A stretch of 64,000 bases of DNA from Neoechinorhynchus agilis (taxonomy: Eukaryota > Animalia > Acanthocephala): the NCBI GenBank assembly GCA_051530055.1, contig CM121342.1, forward strand, positions 10,555,480 through 10,619,479, given 5' to 3'. Made by a program: the position numbers and the translations under genes. The notes under the pieces were generated by a model. It did no database searches, was not told the origin of the DNA, and worked only from the letters and a program-made list of their open reading frames with translations. This document shows, in pieces, positions 24,946 through 38,109 of this stretch; position 1 is the stretch's first letter; each line of letters opens with the position of its first letter.

Positions 24946-26118
24946 CTAGAAGCACAAATTTCTATTAGGAAGGGTAGAAGCGTGATTTTTCTTAAAAGAA
25001 AACGACAAAAATATGGACTGATGGAACCGTCGAGTCGAAAGGGGGTGCAAGACTTGACGAATGATTGATCAAAAGTACGTTCCAAGCATTTCGCACAGGG
25101 GCAAGTCCGGACTAGAGTGTTAATGAGCGATCAAAACCAGCAATTTCGGGCCGAGAGATTCCTTGATTTCAAAATTCATTTTGATCTGTGCCGAACTTTT
25201 TCACTACTCACGACAACTCTAGATGGTTCTACCCGACAAAGCTCGCGTGCCACCAAGGAGCCGGCTATACTCCACCACCGTCGTCGTCTTGTGCGCTAAA
25301 ACAGCATAATCGGTGCTGCGTTTCGCTGGTTCTCCCGACACCAAATTCTCTTTTCATCGCCAGTAGACGTGCGAGGCGGCGTAGTGTTCGTTGCGCAATT
25401 CCATTGACTTCTGACAAGAGATCTCGCCCGTGCTCGGTGTGTGTGCATGAGGCGCTGCGCCGTACGCGCCGCGCGTGCAGTGAAAGTGCGTCGTGTAGCA
25501 GCAGCAGTAGCAAGCGCAACGCACCCCGTGGAGGCTTGAGATTATGGAAACGATCGAGACGAATAAGCAAAGTCCTACGTTTTGAGCTCAGGAAGAAGTA
25601 GTCAATCGGTCGAATTCTGAAACGTTAAGGCCAACATTTAAAAGTTCAGTTCCCCTGCGTTGTCGTAGATTGTCGAATATCCACTCAACAAAATATCCAT
25701 CCGATCGTAAACTCCGCTTTAGTTATCCGTGAAGGTGCTTCCATTTAAGGATAAATAATCCGCTCCTTTTGTAATATCCGTGTGATAATTACCCGAAACG
25801 TTTTTTGTTTCCAGAATGAATTCGACCATTAAGATTCATCTGTTAAAAAAGGCGACTTGATTATCGATGGAAACATTCATTCTCAGTTGCTAAAAGAAAA
25901 AGTGTTCATGGATGTAAGCGTGAAGCATTGGATCCCAGCACGGAATAAAAACAAAATCGCGACGATCCCTTAAGTTACTGATGGTTTCTTAAAAGCAACA
26001 AAGCTTCCCGTTGCTTGATCCATATGACTTGCAGCTGAGATCACGGCTCATGAGAAAGAGGTGAGCTCATCTGAAAAAGTGTCAGTCGTATTCTAAATAG
26101 TAATGTTACCCCTAAATT

Positions 26119-27195
26119 CTTTTGGTCAAGGCACAAGTAATTTAATATTTCGTCCTTTACGTGGCAATTCAGAATTGTTTGAGTATTTTATTTTCAGCCT
26201 AAGTTTTATTAAACTACACGTGGCGGACGAAATATGAAATTACTTTTCTGTGCCTTGACCAAAATACTGGAAGAGGAGTCAAAAATTACCCGGTTTTATT
26301 AAATTACACGTAAAGGACGAAATATCAAATTGCGCTTTTCGCCGCGACCAAAACATTGGAGGAGCCTAAAATTATCCGGTTTTATTAAACTCCATGTAAC
26401 GGACGAAATATTAAATCACTTTTCTGTGCCTTGATCAAAAGGCAGGAAGAGGAATCTATAATTATCCGGTTTTATTAAACTCCACGTAGAGGACAAAATA
26501 TTAAATTACTTTTCGCCTTAACCAAAACACTGAAAGAGGAATCTAAAATTACCAAGTTTGATTAAACTTACCGTAGGAGACAAAATATCAAATTAATTTT
26601 CTTCGCCTTTTTCAACAAAGCATTGGAAGAGGAGTTTAAAATTACCCGGTTTTATTAAATTACACGTAAAGGACGAAATATCAAATTGCGTTTTTTCGCC
26701 GTGACCAAAACATTGGAAGAGGAGTTTAAAATTACCCGGTTTTATTAAACTCTAGGTAAAAGGCGAAATATCAAATTACTTTTCTTCGCCGGGACCAAAA
26801 CATTGTAAAAAGAGTCTAAAATTACCCGGTTTTTTAAACTCTACGTACAGGACGAAATATTAAATAAATTTTCTTCGCCTTTATCATAACACTGAAAGAG
26901 GAATCAAAAACAAAAAACACCAAACAAAAACAAAACCCCCCAACAAAACAAAAGGAGTTTAAAATTACCCAAAACCACAAAACAAAACAAACCCCACAAA
27001 AACAAAAAAAAAAACACCCTTAAACCCACACGACGAAATATTAAATAAATTTTCTTCGTCTTGAGCAAAACATTGGAATAGAAGCCTAAAATTACCAAGT
27101 TTGATTAAACTCTACGTACAGGACGAAATATTAAATAACTTTTTTTTGCCTTCACCAAAAGACTGGAAAAAGAGTCAAAAATTACTTGGTTTGAT
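26119..27195. repeat. Divergent tandem repeat of about 90 bp (about 11 units) with an inverted unit at its left end
   Basis: aaaattacccggttttattaaa..ggacgaaatattaaattac recurs about every 90 nt. 26119-26163 is the reverse complement of a unit. Confidence 0.85.
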
Positions 27196-30100
27196 TTCTT
27201 TATCTAAACATACACCTAAATGTCACAATTCCACCGCCGAAAAGTCTTTATCTTAAAAAGTGGAATCGAGTACTTGAAAGCGTTACTAAGCTTTTGAAGC
27301 ACGCAAAAGCTCTGCGCACTCGCAACACATTGATTTACCTAATCATTTTAAAGCTCGCTGATGCACATCCATTCTAATGTTTTCATAATTTGTCTCATGT
27401 TTGAAAGGCTATTTCATCGATTATGGCTCGATGGCAGTCCTTCACGATACCATCGACGGCCAAAGCACATCAGTGCTTGTATAATTCCGAATAGTGGTGA
27501 TATAATGCGGCTATGGTAGACGCTTTGGCACTTAAACGCATTCGGGCGAAGGCAAATGTGTTATGCTGCAATTCCTGTGGGTAATCAGAAACAATGACTG
27601 CTATTACCAAGGTTATGGTCTCTAGACACACTGAATTCGATCTTCAAAACTCGTATCAAAAGTTTCAAAAATTAAATTGCCTTTTATGAGTAACTTTGAG
27701 CTTAGTTTTGACTAAAAACAGCATTAATCTATTCAAATCCAGACAAGATGCTTCGAATTTTAAATACATTTATTCCATGGGAACTAGAGAGAGAAATTAA
27801 CCGATCAACTTTAGCAAACGAGAAAAGGCTACCAATTTGCAATTTAAAAAAATTGAGCCTATAAAATTGTAGGTGGTGCAAATCGAAGCAAAATAGGACA
27901 AAAACTAGTCTCCTTCATTAGAATTTAAGCAAGAAAAACTTTTTATTTCAAAGAAGGGTAATATTTATTGAACCAAAGAGTTCTATTTAGTTCTATACAG
28001 GAATGCACAAAATTGAAGAGAATTCAAGCAACTGATTCTTTTAAGTCAGACAGAGAATCTAATAAAGCAAAAACGCGCGTAAGTCTAAAGGATTTCGCGG
28101 AATGTTATTCCGAAAATAATCCGGTCTATTATATCTTAATTATAAAACCGCATTTTATGGATTTCAATTATGTAAATTCTAAGAAACGCTCAATTGCGGG
28201 TTAAAGACCGCAAATAAAGGGATTTGTAACGAATCTTCACTGTTTCAGCCGCAAATTACCTTAAAGATTGACAAGAATCATCACTGGGCAGCAGAATCGA
28301 ACAATGGAGATTTCATTTCCGTATTTATTTACCTTATAACGACAATATCCCAAATCCAAGATTGAGAAATAAATATCACTTCTGAGTAGATCCGACCTCT
28401 GCATGATGAAAGCAGTTTTCACCCCAAAACGAAGGGTTCTAAATGGCAAACTCTTTAATGCGAAAGAAGGTCTTTGGTATTTCAAAAGTGGTTTAGCCTT
28501 GGATTTATCGATAACCGAAAGTCTAATTACTTAATGGCTTTGATCTTTATTCCCGTGGGAAAACTGTTAATATAGCCTTCATTAATTCGAATCAGATATT
28601 AAAATGAAAATTTAAGCAAAAATTTAAGTAAAAACGCTAAACCTAATTTGGAATCGACAAATTTACCAATTCTTTATCGAGATTAATAATATTTTCTCTA
28701 GTAAAGCCGCGATGAGTAAAAGCGTTCTCCCAAACCCAATTCGACGACTAAAAACTCCCCGACAACTCGAACGTCAATTTCAATGCTTTGTTCAGTAATA
28801 TCTACATCGAAATTGAATGCAAGACAAGCATTGGGACCCAGATAAGAAGTGGGTTTCTCAAGACGAAGTTGACTTTTTCTTTCGGATAAAAGTAGTCCAT
28901 GCCATTAATTTCCGAACAAAAACTTTCGAATTCATGTAGCACTTTAGGTCAGTGTAGGGGTTCGCTATTTTCACAACTTTTTATAGCTTCGGGGCTGAAA
29001 ATTTCGACTGAGAAAAGGTAGATCTATAAGCTCCGTGAAAGAATATGCGAGGATATTTTTATGGATATGATTGATATTGTTCTCTTGTTATCGTCTACGA
29101 TAACTAGCTTAGCATCTGAACAAATAGGCGATTATTATCGATGTTTGAAATGAAAAATTTTAGTATTTTCAAACCTGTATGCTTGCTTTATAGGCGACTT
29201 TTCTTGAGAAATTCCGTCATTGATCAGCAGCTACTTGGGATCGGATATCTAATACTAGGTGATTTTACCACTTCATAAAGGGCATATACATCTTTTAAGA
29301 CACACGGTAATGATAAGTGTTTGGCGTTCACGGTTGTTTTAAACGCCAACCGAATAATATCCGTGAAGATAACACAGATTTTATCCGTCTTAATTTTCTA
29401 ATTAGGGTACATACTTAAAATGCTACTTTTTTCATGCTGGAACACTGATGTTATGGTTATTTTCGGTGACTGCAACCGAAGAACATAATCCTTTTTTTAA
29501 ACTTAAAAATAACCAAACTGACCATTGTACGCTCGTTTTACGCGTTCATGAACTTCAAAAAAAGAGTTTTATGTGTAAACTGACAACTCTGAAGCATCTA
29601 TCGTCTCATTAAGCATTTAAAAATCTTTACTATAACGCAGTTCCTTCATTTTATTATTCTGGGAGACAATTGTGGCGTTTTCTACAGCGAACTATTTACT
29701 AATTTAAAATTTCATGTAATTATGCCTAATGGATTTAAGAATTTAATAGTTTTGCGAAATGTTGAATTAAGTAAAATATTCGTTCATTTTTCAATAGAAT
29801 TACTGCTTTTTAAAATTTGGTCCTATGTGTTTTGAATCTTAACTGATTTTTACATTCGGTTGGTTAGATATATTGTTGAGACTGATCTTCTCCTAAGAGT
29901 TTGACGATCCCGGATTCCCGAGTCAAAACGAAAACAATCATGTCGTGTGTTTGTGACAAATTCCTTTGGATTTTTTTAGATTAAATTGATAATGATTGAT
30001 TCAATCAGTCGAAATATCCATTCTTATTTAATGATTCCTCGTCTCGGGTGTCGACAAGCGACCTAAGCAACAATATAAATCTAAACATTAATTAGACCAC

Positions 30101-30921
30101 AAAATCAATGGAAATAAATCCTGATACTTCATTCCTTACGTCTAGAAGATGAGCAGGAAATTTATTTCTGGTTTAAGGCTACGATTTAAACGCATAATAT
30201 TTATAGGTTTGATCTTTCCTTAATAGCCTTCATCGTTGCTTGGAGGTTAAACGTTTATGACTTTAAAAATACATTTAGCTTTATAGCATATTTATGAGAC
30301 ATTGAACTTTTAAAAATGATTAGGGAACCTCGCTGAAAATTCAATTTTGAAGCAGAAAATGATTATAATTTACGAAAAAAACCAAAATTTTGTGCATTTA
30401 TTTGCATTACTTTCAACTGTCAAATAAAACCGTTCATTCGGTGTCTTCGTTCTCCGATACCCACAACACACCCACAGCGTTTTTACACCAATTTGTAGAA
30501 AGTAACTGGAATCGATTGGACATGCGTAAACAATATTGAACTCTTTTAACATGTATGATCTTTCAATTCCTTGTTTTAGCACTCGTTTATATTAAACTAG
30601 AAGGCTATGTATTGAATTTATCAGTAAATGACGCTTGAAAAGTTAGTCTAATGCGTAATATTATTCCTTGCTAGTTGTTACCTTAATCATCGATTTAAAT
30701 GATTTACCATTTTTTCGGTAAATTCATAGATTTTTTCTTTGTGGTGGTTACAGGCTACATTAAATTTAAAATTAAACAATATACTAAGAATCATTGAAGT
30801 CATTTTCAAGGAAACGAATGGTGACAGTATACTAAGTGTCGATGGATTATGGCGCATAGAATTTTCTTTGTATTTGTAAGCGTTTTTAAGCCTCACCCTT
30901 GTTCCTAGGAAAATTTCGAAG

Positions 30922-31685
30922 ATGTCGATTATTAATCCAATCGGTCGTCAACTTTGTCGGTTCTTCAGTCAAGCTCCCGCGATGGCTGATCGTGAATTCC
31001 TCGCACAATTTGGTCGCTATGTTAAAGAGTGTATCCCTCGATATATCCAAAAAGTTCAAACGACCGAAACACTTAAGAGCGAGCTTGAGTTTCTTGTTCA
31101 TCCGTCTGGAATTATGCCGGTAATGCGATTTCTTCGAAACCATCACAACTCTCAGTTTGAATGCCTCGTGGATGTGAGTGCTATCGACGTACCTTCAAGG
31201 ACGTATAGATTCGAGGTAAAGTATTCGTCTTTAATATTATTTTCTTTCCCCTTAAATCCATCCATAGCTCATCTATAATCTTCTGTCTCTACGACACAAT
31301 ATGCGAGCCCGAGTTAAATCTTATACAGATGAAGTCACTCCAGTGGAATCACTGGTTCCTCTTTATGAATCTGCTAATTGGCTAGAAAGAGAAGTCATAT
31401 TTTCTCGTTTATAAATACTTAGTGCCAGAAAATTCGTAGGTTTACGATATGTTTGGGATTTTCTTTTTAAATCATCCTGATCTTCGACGGATACTCACAG
31501 ATTATGGATTTGAAGGACATCCGCTTAGAAAAGATTTTCCTCAATCTGGCTACGTGGAACTGAGATATGATAATGAGCTCGGTCGGATCGTCTATGAACC
31601 GATAAATATGATGCAAGAATATAGAAAATTTGATATCAGAAGTCCATGGGATCCCTTTGAGAAAGTTAAAAATCAAAAGGAATAA
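30922..31685 (+). CDS. NDUFS3: NADH:ubiquinone oxidoreductase 30-kDa subunit; exons 30922-31215, 31268-31393, 31440-31685
   Basis: [21 protein letters not shown]|[26 protein letters not shown]|[42 protein letters not shown]. Phase-0 GT-AG introns of 52 and 46 nt give a seamless frame. Confidence 0.97.
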
Positions 31686-32322
31686 TTTTCAAGTTGATGT
31701 GCATGCGTAGACTCTTAGATGGACTAAAGCTTAGAACGTCATAAATCCCCTTTCTAGCCATCGCAATCAATTAAATTGAAAGCAAATGAACTGATATATC
31801 CATTATTAATACATTATCTATTTCAAAATCAAAAATCTAAGTAACACCGCGCAATCTACTAACTTCAGACAGAACTTAAGACTGTTTAGTATTTTCTTCC
31901 TGTCGAATCTATCTGAGCCCTTTCTTCTTTATGATCAATCAAATTTACAAATTCCTGCTTCAAACTTATTACAGAACTTTGGGAGAAAACCTCTTGAATT
32001 TGTGGCCGATAAACGCCTGCTTGCAGATAGCCGCAAAGAATGTTAATTCTGAAATACATGTCGAATTTCGAAACTCCCCGAATCGATAATCATCACCTAC
32101 AAACGTCATCTCTATGGTCAGTTGTTTAAAATTGTATTTTTTTCATCAATTTGTGATTGGCTGGCAATTTTAACGTCCATTCGAGGGCATTTTCAAAAAT
32201 GATAATTAAATTGGTGGCCTGGCAAAACGATGAGATAAGTGTTGCGATTGTAGCGATTTTAAGAGATCCACTCACATATAAGTAATTTTTTATTAAAAAT
32301 TTCAACATCAAGTATTGTGCCA

Positions 32323-33698
32323 TCATCTCCGGTGTAATCCCACTGAAGGTAATGTAAATTCATCATTATTCAAGTCTCGTGTATTGTTTCTATTTCTCCT
32401 TCTGGTCCGAATTCGCAAATGAAGAAAGTATGCGATCACCGTCAAGTGAAGTACTAAGAGCATAGTCAAAATTCCACCAGAATATATTAAAGCGTTCTCT
32501 GTCTCGAGCAAATAATCATAAAGCACATCTCTGCAGTCGCGTTGAATTGCACATTTACGTCCATCGCATCTATTGCTATAATTGCTTTGGCACAGAGAAC
32601 AACAAAATCCGATTGGACTTAGAACCCCATTCTTAGAAGGATAACAGCACTTCCATTCCATTGAAAGTTCACCGCAAAACGTACGTAGTGAGATTTCTGG
32701 TATCATTGTACGGTCGTTCATCAATTCACTGCATTGAGTCGTTTTATTTGTAATAGAATTTCGTAAGCAGTTCAGTCGATGTGCTTAGGGAATAGAGTGA
32801 CGTTTTAATCGTTGAACAGATAAGCAGATAAAGCATGATACTATCCTTTTTAACACCATGTCTCAATCGACGAAATTAAAAATAAATCGTTTTTAATGAA
32901 ATGGTAAAGCTTTACTATACTTCACCGTTTTCGGCTTAACTTTTAAATTTTCTCGCAGTAAATTAATTCTCAGCTGAGCTGTCGCTTTCGGTGTACCCTT
33001 GGAATCGCGATTGTTTGAAGGATCAACAAACTATTTTTAAACCAGTCGTGATCTTGGGTTGTGTTTGAGGTCTAAATCCAAAGTTTTAAATCCCAAGATT
33101 CAAGAACTAATCGATACGATGTTAAAGTGATGAGTCTAATCTAAAGGGGACACATTCCCTATTCTTGGAAAGGAGAAATCTCTGCCAGAAATTGAATTTC
33201 ATAAAAATTACTTTTGTATGCAACTAAACTTTAAAGCATTCCAACTGAACTGTCATAAAGTATTTCGGTTGCTCGTTACTAGTATAATATGTATTTGAAA
33301 AAATAAGGCCGATAGAAAAAGCGGAATAAGAAAATACTCGGATAGTTTTTGTTTCATTGCCTGCTGTTCTCTATCGAGTTGTCCATTATTGAAGTTCGGT
33401 GGTAATTAGAATAGTTTCCCTGTACCACCGAATTCATCTTAAGTGATATCAATTGAAAGGAAATACTGCTTATGGCAATGATAACCATAAAGATTCCTAT
33501 GCAGAATTCAACTTCGGTAAGCGATGTCATTGTTCCGGCGTATACTTGCTTCAGATATGAACTTTTGTAGGCTAGAAAGTATACGGCACCGATGACAATC
33601 GCGGTTATTCCACCGAAAATTCCGGTTATAACCGTCATTGCCATACTTACATATGTCCGGGTTTTAGAGTTCTCGGGTATTATAGACGTTGCTCTCAT
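32323..33698 (-). CDS. Divergent tetraspanin-like protein, multi-exon with unresolved junctions
   Basis: Two N-terminal TM helices (33354-33698), a third hydrophobic stretch EYFLIPLFLSALFFQIHIILV at about 33270-33340, then a Cys-rich loop (WKCCY..P..FCC..C..C..C..DC..L) and a final TM helix with a basic tail (32323-32724). Confidence 0.55.
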
Positions 33699-34206
33699 CT
33701 TAGTTAAAAATTAACAAGTTTGTTCAAGTCGTCGGTTAGTAAGTGAATGTCGATTTCACGAATATAACTGGACATTTTATATGTTCGTGTTTTGATCGTC
33801 ATTTGTTTTTGCACGGTATTAGAACTCAAAAACCACGGATTAACGATCTAACCTTAATGGATGCTCTTAAACGTAAATACACGAGTTATTCAAGGTTGGA
33901 GTTTATTTTGGTTTCGAATACGTAGTTTTGATAACGAACCCTTATTCCGTTCGGCTCATCGAGCGTTGGGAAATAAATACGACGAGCACTATATCAATTG
34001 AGATTCTCTGTTTAAAAAATTAAACCGCATGAATATGCCTTTTGTATAATCATGAATAGAAAATCCGCCGGGATAACTGAGTTAGAATTTCGATAAGCAT
34101 ACTCCCGAACATGACATAATTCATTTGTCGATATGGTAGGCATCGGGGAATATGATTAGGATTATTGTTTAGGTCTTTACCCGGTTGAAGACCTAAACAC
34201 TAATTG

Positions 34207-34483
34207 ATTTATTTGAAATATTTCACGAGGTGACCTCGCCGGATCAGTCATCTAAAAAGGTGTTACATTTTATGTGTTCTATGGCTCGGATGCGCGGGAT
34301 CGCCATTTCCGAAGTTCAGGGATCGTATATCCGCTCGAATTTCCTGCGTTGTGTTACATTTTTCATTGATTTTTAGCACGCCGCTGGCTCGTAGTTTTAA
34401 GCTCTTTCATTGTGTTGGAAGCATGCCACCAAAATCTGCGCGATGTTGAGAAATCTTTTGGTGATTGGGAATGGTAGAATAAT
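34207..34483 (+). mobile_element. 5' UTR and ORF1 start of the CR1/L2-group LINE
   Basis: Near-identical inverted copy of 51655-51912, where it precedes LINE ORF1. Contains ATG CCA CCA AAA (MPPK). Confidence 0.7.
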
Positions 34484-35160
34484 AACACTTTTATTGTTTA
34501 AAAAAATTTAAAGAATAGGACCCACTCGATTTCAGAGTTTTTCAAAAAACGTATCCGTTAGGGTGGGAATATCCGGTCGAGGGATGTAAGTTCGGGGGAG
34601 AATATCTAGTCGGGGAATGTCCGTTCGGGTAAGAATATCCAGTCGGGTTGGAAGGTCCGTTCTGGTGGGAGTTATTGGTTATTGTTTGCTTGAGAGTTTG
34701 TGAGGTTGGTCTTTCCTCAGGTTCTTTTCAGGTCATGATATCCGAGAAGATTGGGCAGCATAGAAAAAGGAGCGTAGATATAGGGAGGTGCGAGTTATAG
34801 GAGGATGAAACGAATTATGATTACGAATGTTGTGTTCGTGTGAAAAGAGAGCGATATGTGGAAGCAATTGTGGTGGTAGGCCTGAGAAGCGTTTTGTTTG
34901 TTTTATGAAAACAGCACCAAGGCATTCGATGAGAGATGGAAAATTAGCTGTGCCAATTTTAGAGGCTCTTTTGTGAAGATTTTCAAGACGACGGATTTGA
35001 GATTTGGGTATATTGCAAAAGACGGGATAACCGTAGGTGATGGAGCGTAAAATAAAGCTGAAGTAAAATTTGTAGAGATCGGATGAAGGGATTCCTAAAT
35101 ATCGGAGGCGTTTGAGAAAATTTTAAAGGTGTTGTGCTTGAGGGAGAGAGTGATGTGAAT
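34484..35160 (-). mobile_element. 3' fragment of the CR1/L2-group LINE
   Basis: Homologous to 690-1100 (gcgagttataggaggatgaaacgaatta). On the minus strand it ends in AATAAA followed by ttattatt. Confidence 0.75.
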
Positions 35161-35689
35161 TTGATGCCCCTGCGTCTGCCTCTAAGATCTGGTCGCGTGT
35201 TACTGAGATCCTATTGGTTCACCTTAGAAATCCACACATTCCATGACAAAACTAGAATTTTTAAAAATGGTTAAGATTGACGATTGCAGCAGTCACCGGA
35301 GTCCCAGTCTTCGTTAGTTATGGATCACCGCTGAGGACTTGTAATAAAGCTAATTTTGTCTAGTAATCTTCAGAAATCATAACAGATCTGTCCCCAATCG
35401 TAGCTGCGAAGAATTTCTGATGTTCAAATCATCACAGCTCTTCAAGATATTAACCTACTTTGGTGTTTCCCATTACTAAGAAGCGGGGTTTGATTTCCGA
35501 TAATAAGGGTCTCGTGGTCTACAGTTTTCACCTTCGCTCAACTTTATCGGATGAGCTTCATTTTAAACAGAGAAATGACCGATAAAATACAGAACCTCGC
35601 GATTCGCCGCTTGACATAAAAAGATTTACGGATTTTCATTTGTTAAATAACGTCTGAAACCTACTGATCGGATCGTAATTTTTAAGTAT

Positions 35690-37000
35690 TTCTTCGTGGA
35701 AGACGCCGTCAAGAACAAAGGCAAGATTATTGCGAGTTCAGTGGACATCTCGGTTGTCCATCTGAATGGAAAGTATTCCAGGCGAGCTCTTATGGACGAT
35801 GAGTCCGATGTTGTGTTGTTGAATAATGGTAGCATTATGGGAACGGGTGATCATAACAATAATCCTTTAAATTACATACCGTTCGTACATTTAAACGGAT
35901 ATATTCAGCTTTCAGGGTTTTTATTACCAGGAGAATATTTGATTGGCTGCAGTATTTGTAAGCCCGAAGGTGCTACCTAAACGTTAAGCGAAAGTATATG
36001 GAAGGGTAAAGGTTGACGCGTTAAGAAGTTGTGAAGCGAATGTTTGGCTAAATGATAAATCGAGAAACTTAGAAGTGACAGTGGTCAATCACGCCATGAT
36101 ATGTTTATTCGGATTACTGTGGTTGAGAGCCTTCAAAATGAAAGTACCGTCTCAGGTTTATGTCAGGAGAATGGATTTGTAGGAGGAAGCTGCTAGGAGT
36201 TGGCGAAATCATTCGAGGAAAAAACGGCTGAAATCAAGGACATTAAGGTGAAATTACACTTATCGAGTGAAACTAACCCGATACGATGTCCAGCGAGACG
36301 AATTCGTAAACAAGAGATTCGGAGATTGGTGAAACAGGAAATTCTGGAAAGTGTAAATATAACCTGGGAAGAAGTCAAGTAGTAAGGAAGGATGCTGCAA
36401 AAGTTCGAATCTGTGGCGATTTCAAGACGACGATCAACCCGTTTTAAAGGATTGGCAGCTATCAGATTCCGCAGATGGAACAATTGTATGAAAAACTTAA
36501 AGGTGGTCTCAAATATTCCATTATAGACGATGCACATTTACAATTCGTGGCGGACGATAAACCAAGTCTTTATTAACGATTGCGACGCTGTGGGGATATT
36601 TCCGACACCTGCGACTACCTTTCGGAGTACCGGTTCAAACAATTAGATACGGGCAAAGTAAAAAACCAATATTTTGGTGGGTTGCGCTCAGTAAAGCCTG
36701 GAGTCGCTTACATCTCGATTTGACTGGGCCGGTTAATAATGAGATGTACTTGGTGGCTGTTGATGCCTGCAGCAAGTGGACGGAAATATGAAACCTGGGA
36801 TGTTCAACAGTAACATCTCGAATAATTGGAAGGTTAAGGGAGAATGTTTCGCCCGTTTCGGAGTACCTGAAAAACTTGCCACGGGCAATGGTCTGCAATT
36901 TGTGTTCAAAGTCTCAACAATTCTGCAATGAACATGGTAAATTGGATTATGAATGTAGCAACCATAAATCGGCATATAAAATCGTAGCTGATCACGCTAA
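35690..37000 (+). mobile_element. Degenerate Ty3/gypsy pol remnant (protease, RT start, integrase)
   Basis: VHLNG..ALMDDESDVVLL (protease-like), EIRRLVKQEILE..VRICGDFK..N (RT), YLVAVDACSKWTE..F.RFGVPE (integrase). Many stops and frameshifts. Confidence 0.75.
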
Positions 37001-37179
37001 TTCTCAACTCAAAAATCGTTCCTCACATTGCCAATCACTAATTCCAACACAAATCTTCGATTCGATCCTTAACATCTCTCTTTGGGATAATCAGTCCTTT
37101 GAGATCGAAAACTTGTATCGATTCCTCTCTTAATTAATCATCCATGGTACCCAAATGAACATAAATCTCCCTTATTTCC

Positions 37180-37545
37180 ACCCGAATTTACCCAAACCCA
37201 TAATTCCCTTCTTAACCGTAATCTACTCCAGCGCTCGAAGCTTCCTCTCTAAACTAGATGAAATATCACTTATTTCATCTATGAAATCAACATTCTAAAA
37301 ACAATGATTGGGGATACCTATCAACTCTTTATCTACGAAACCATATCTCCAAAGCGGGAATTCTTATACCAATCTCTTAGCTCGTTGAAATTACCAGCAA
37401 ATATGGTTTATAAAATTTACAATCCTTTGGAAACAAAATCTTTTTACTTACAAGTAGACTCTGACTGCACTTATTTCTACACTAAGCACGGAGTCCCTCA
37501 AGATTCACCTCTCTCCCTAACGCTCTTCATGTTAATCACGATGTG
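37180..37545 (+). mobile_element. Internally deleted LINE remnant (APE start joined to an RT piece)
   Basis: IYSSARSFLSKLDEI (APE N-terminus) and HGVPQDSPLSLTLF (RT). Confidence 0.6.
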
Positions 37546-37741
37546 CATATTCAGAAAAATGAACAATCGGCAGTTTAGATCGATGTTCGGACATCTAACC
37601 TTATCTTAATATAAATGGAGGTAATTTCTAAAAAAAATAAAATATCCCATTGTGGTCTCGCGTAAATGTCAAATTAAAATTAAGGACATCTTAAACAAAA
37701 TTTATCATATTTTTTAAGTAAAGTTTTTAAATGTCATTAAA

Positions 37742-38107
37742 GATGAACAAGGAGTCATCGAAAAGCTAAATCATTCTGAACTCTATTGTAAGCTTTGTAA
37801 TGTCGAAATCATCAATCATGATAATATGACAATGCATATGAACGACCGTAAATACAAACAAAACGCCAGGAAGGCCGGTGAACAAGTGAACGTATAACTG
37901 GACTGCGACCTGGATACATTTACTATTCCGGACGATAAGAAGAAAGATACTCCGCCTATGCCATCCGGTCAAACTCTGATTTTCGATCGGTATTGCAAAC
38001 ATTACGATAAATTCTTGTCAGGGAGGTCCCAAGTCCTTTTGCATATTAAGAGTCAGAAGCATCGTATGAAGGTAGGTGAAGAAATCCCGGAGTGTAACGT
38101 GAAATAG
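37742..38107 (+). pseudogene. Decayed fragment encoding two U1/matrin-type C2H2 zinc fingers
   Basis: One frame reads LYCKLCNVEIINHDNMTMHMNDRKY..*..YCKHYDKFLSGRSQVLLHIKSQKH, with one in-frame TAA and two lost zinc ligands. Confidence 0.6.
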
Positions 38108-38109
38108 CA

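Noticed and set aside
27300-29400. Stop-riddled reading frames upstream of NDUFS3 (also 47400-48300 and 52740-52990)
   Set aside because: They look like decayed coding sequence, but I could not assign any motif with confidence.
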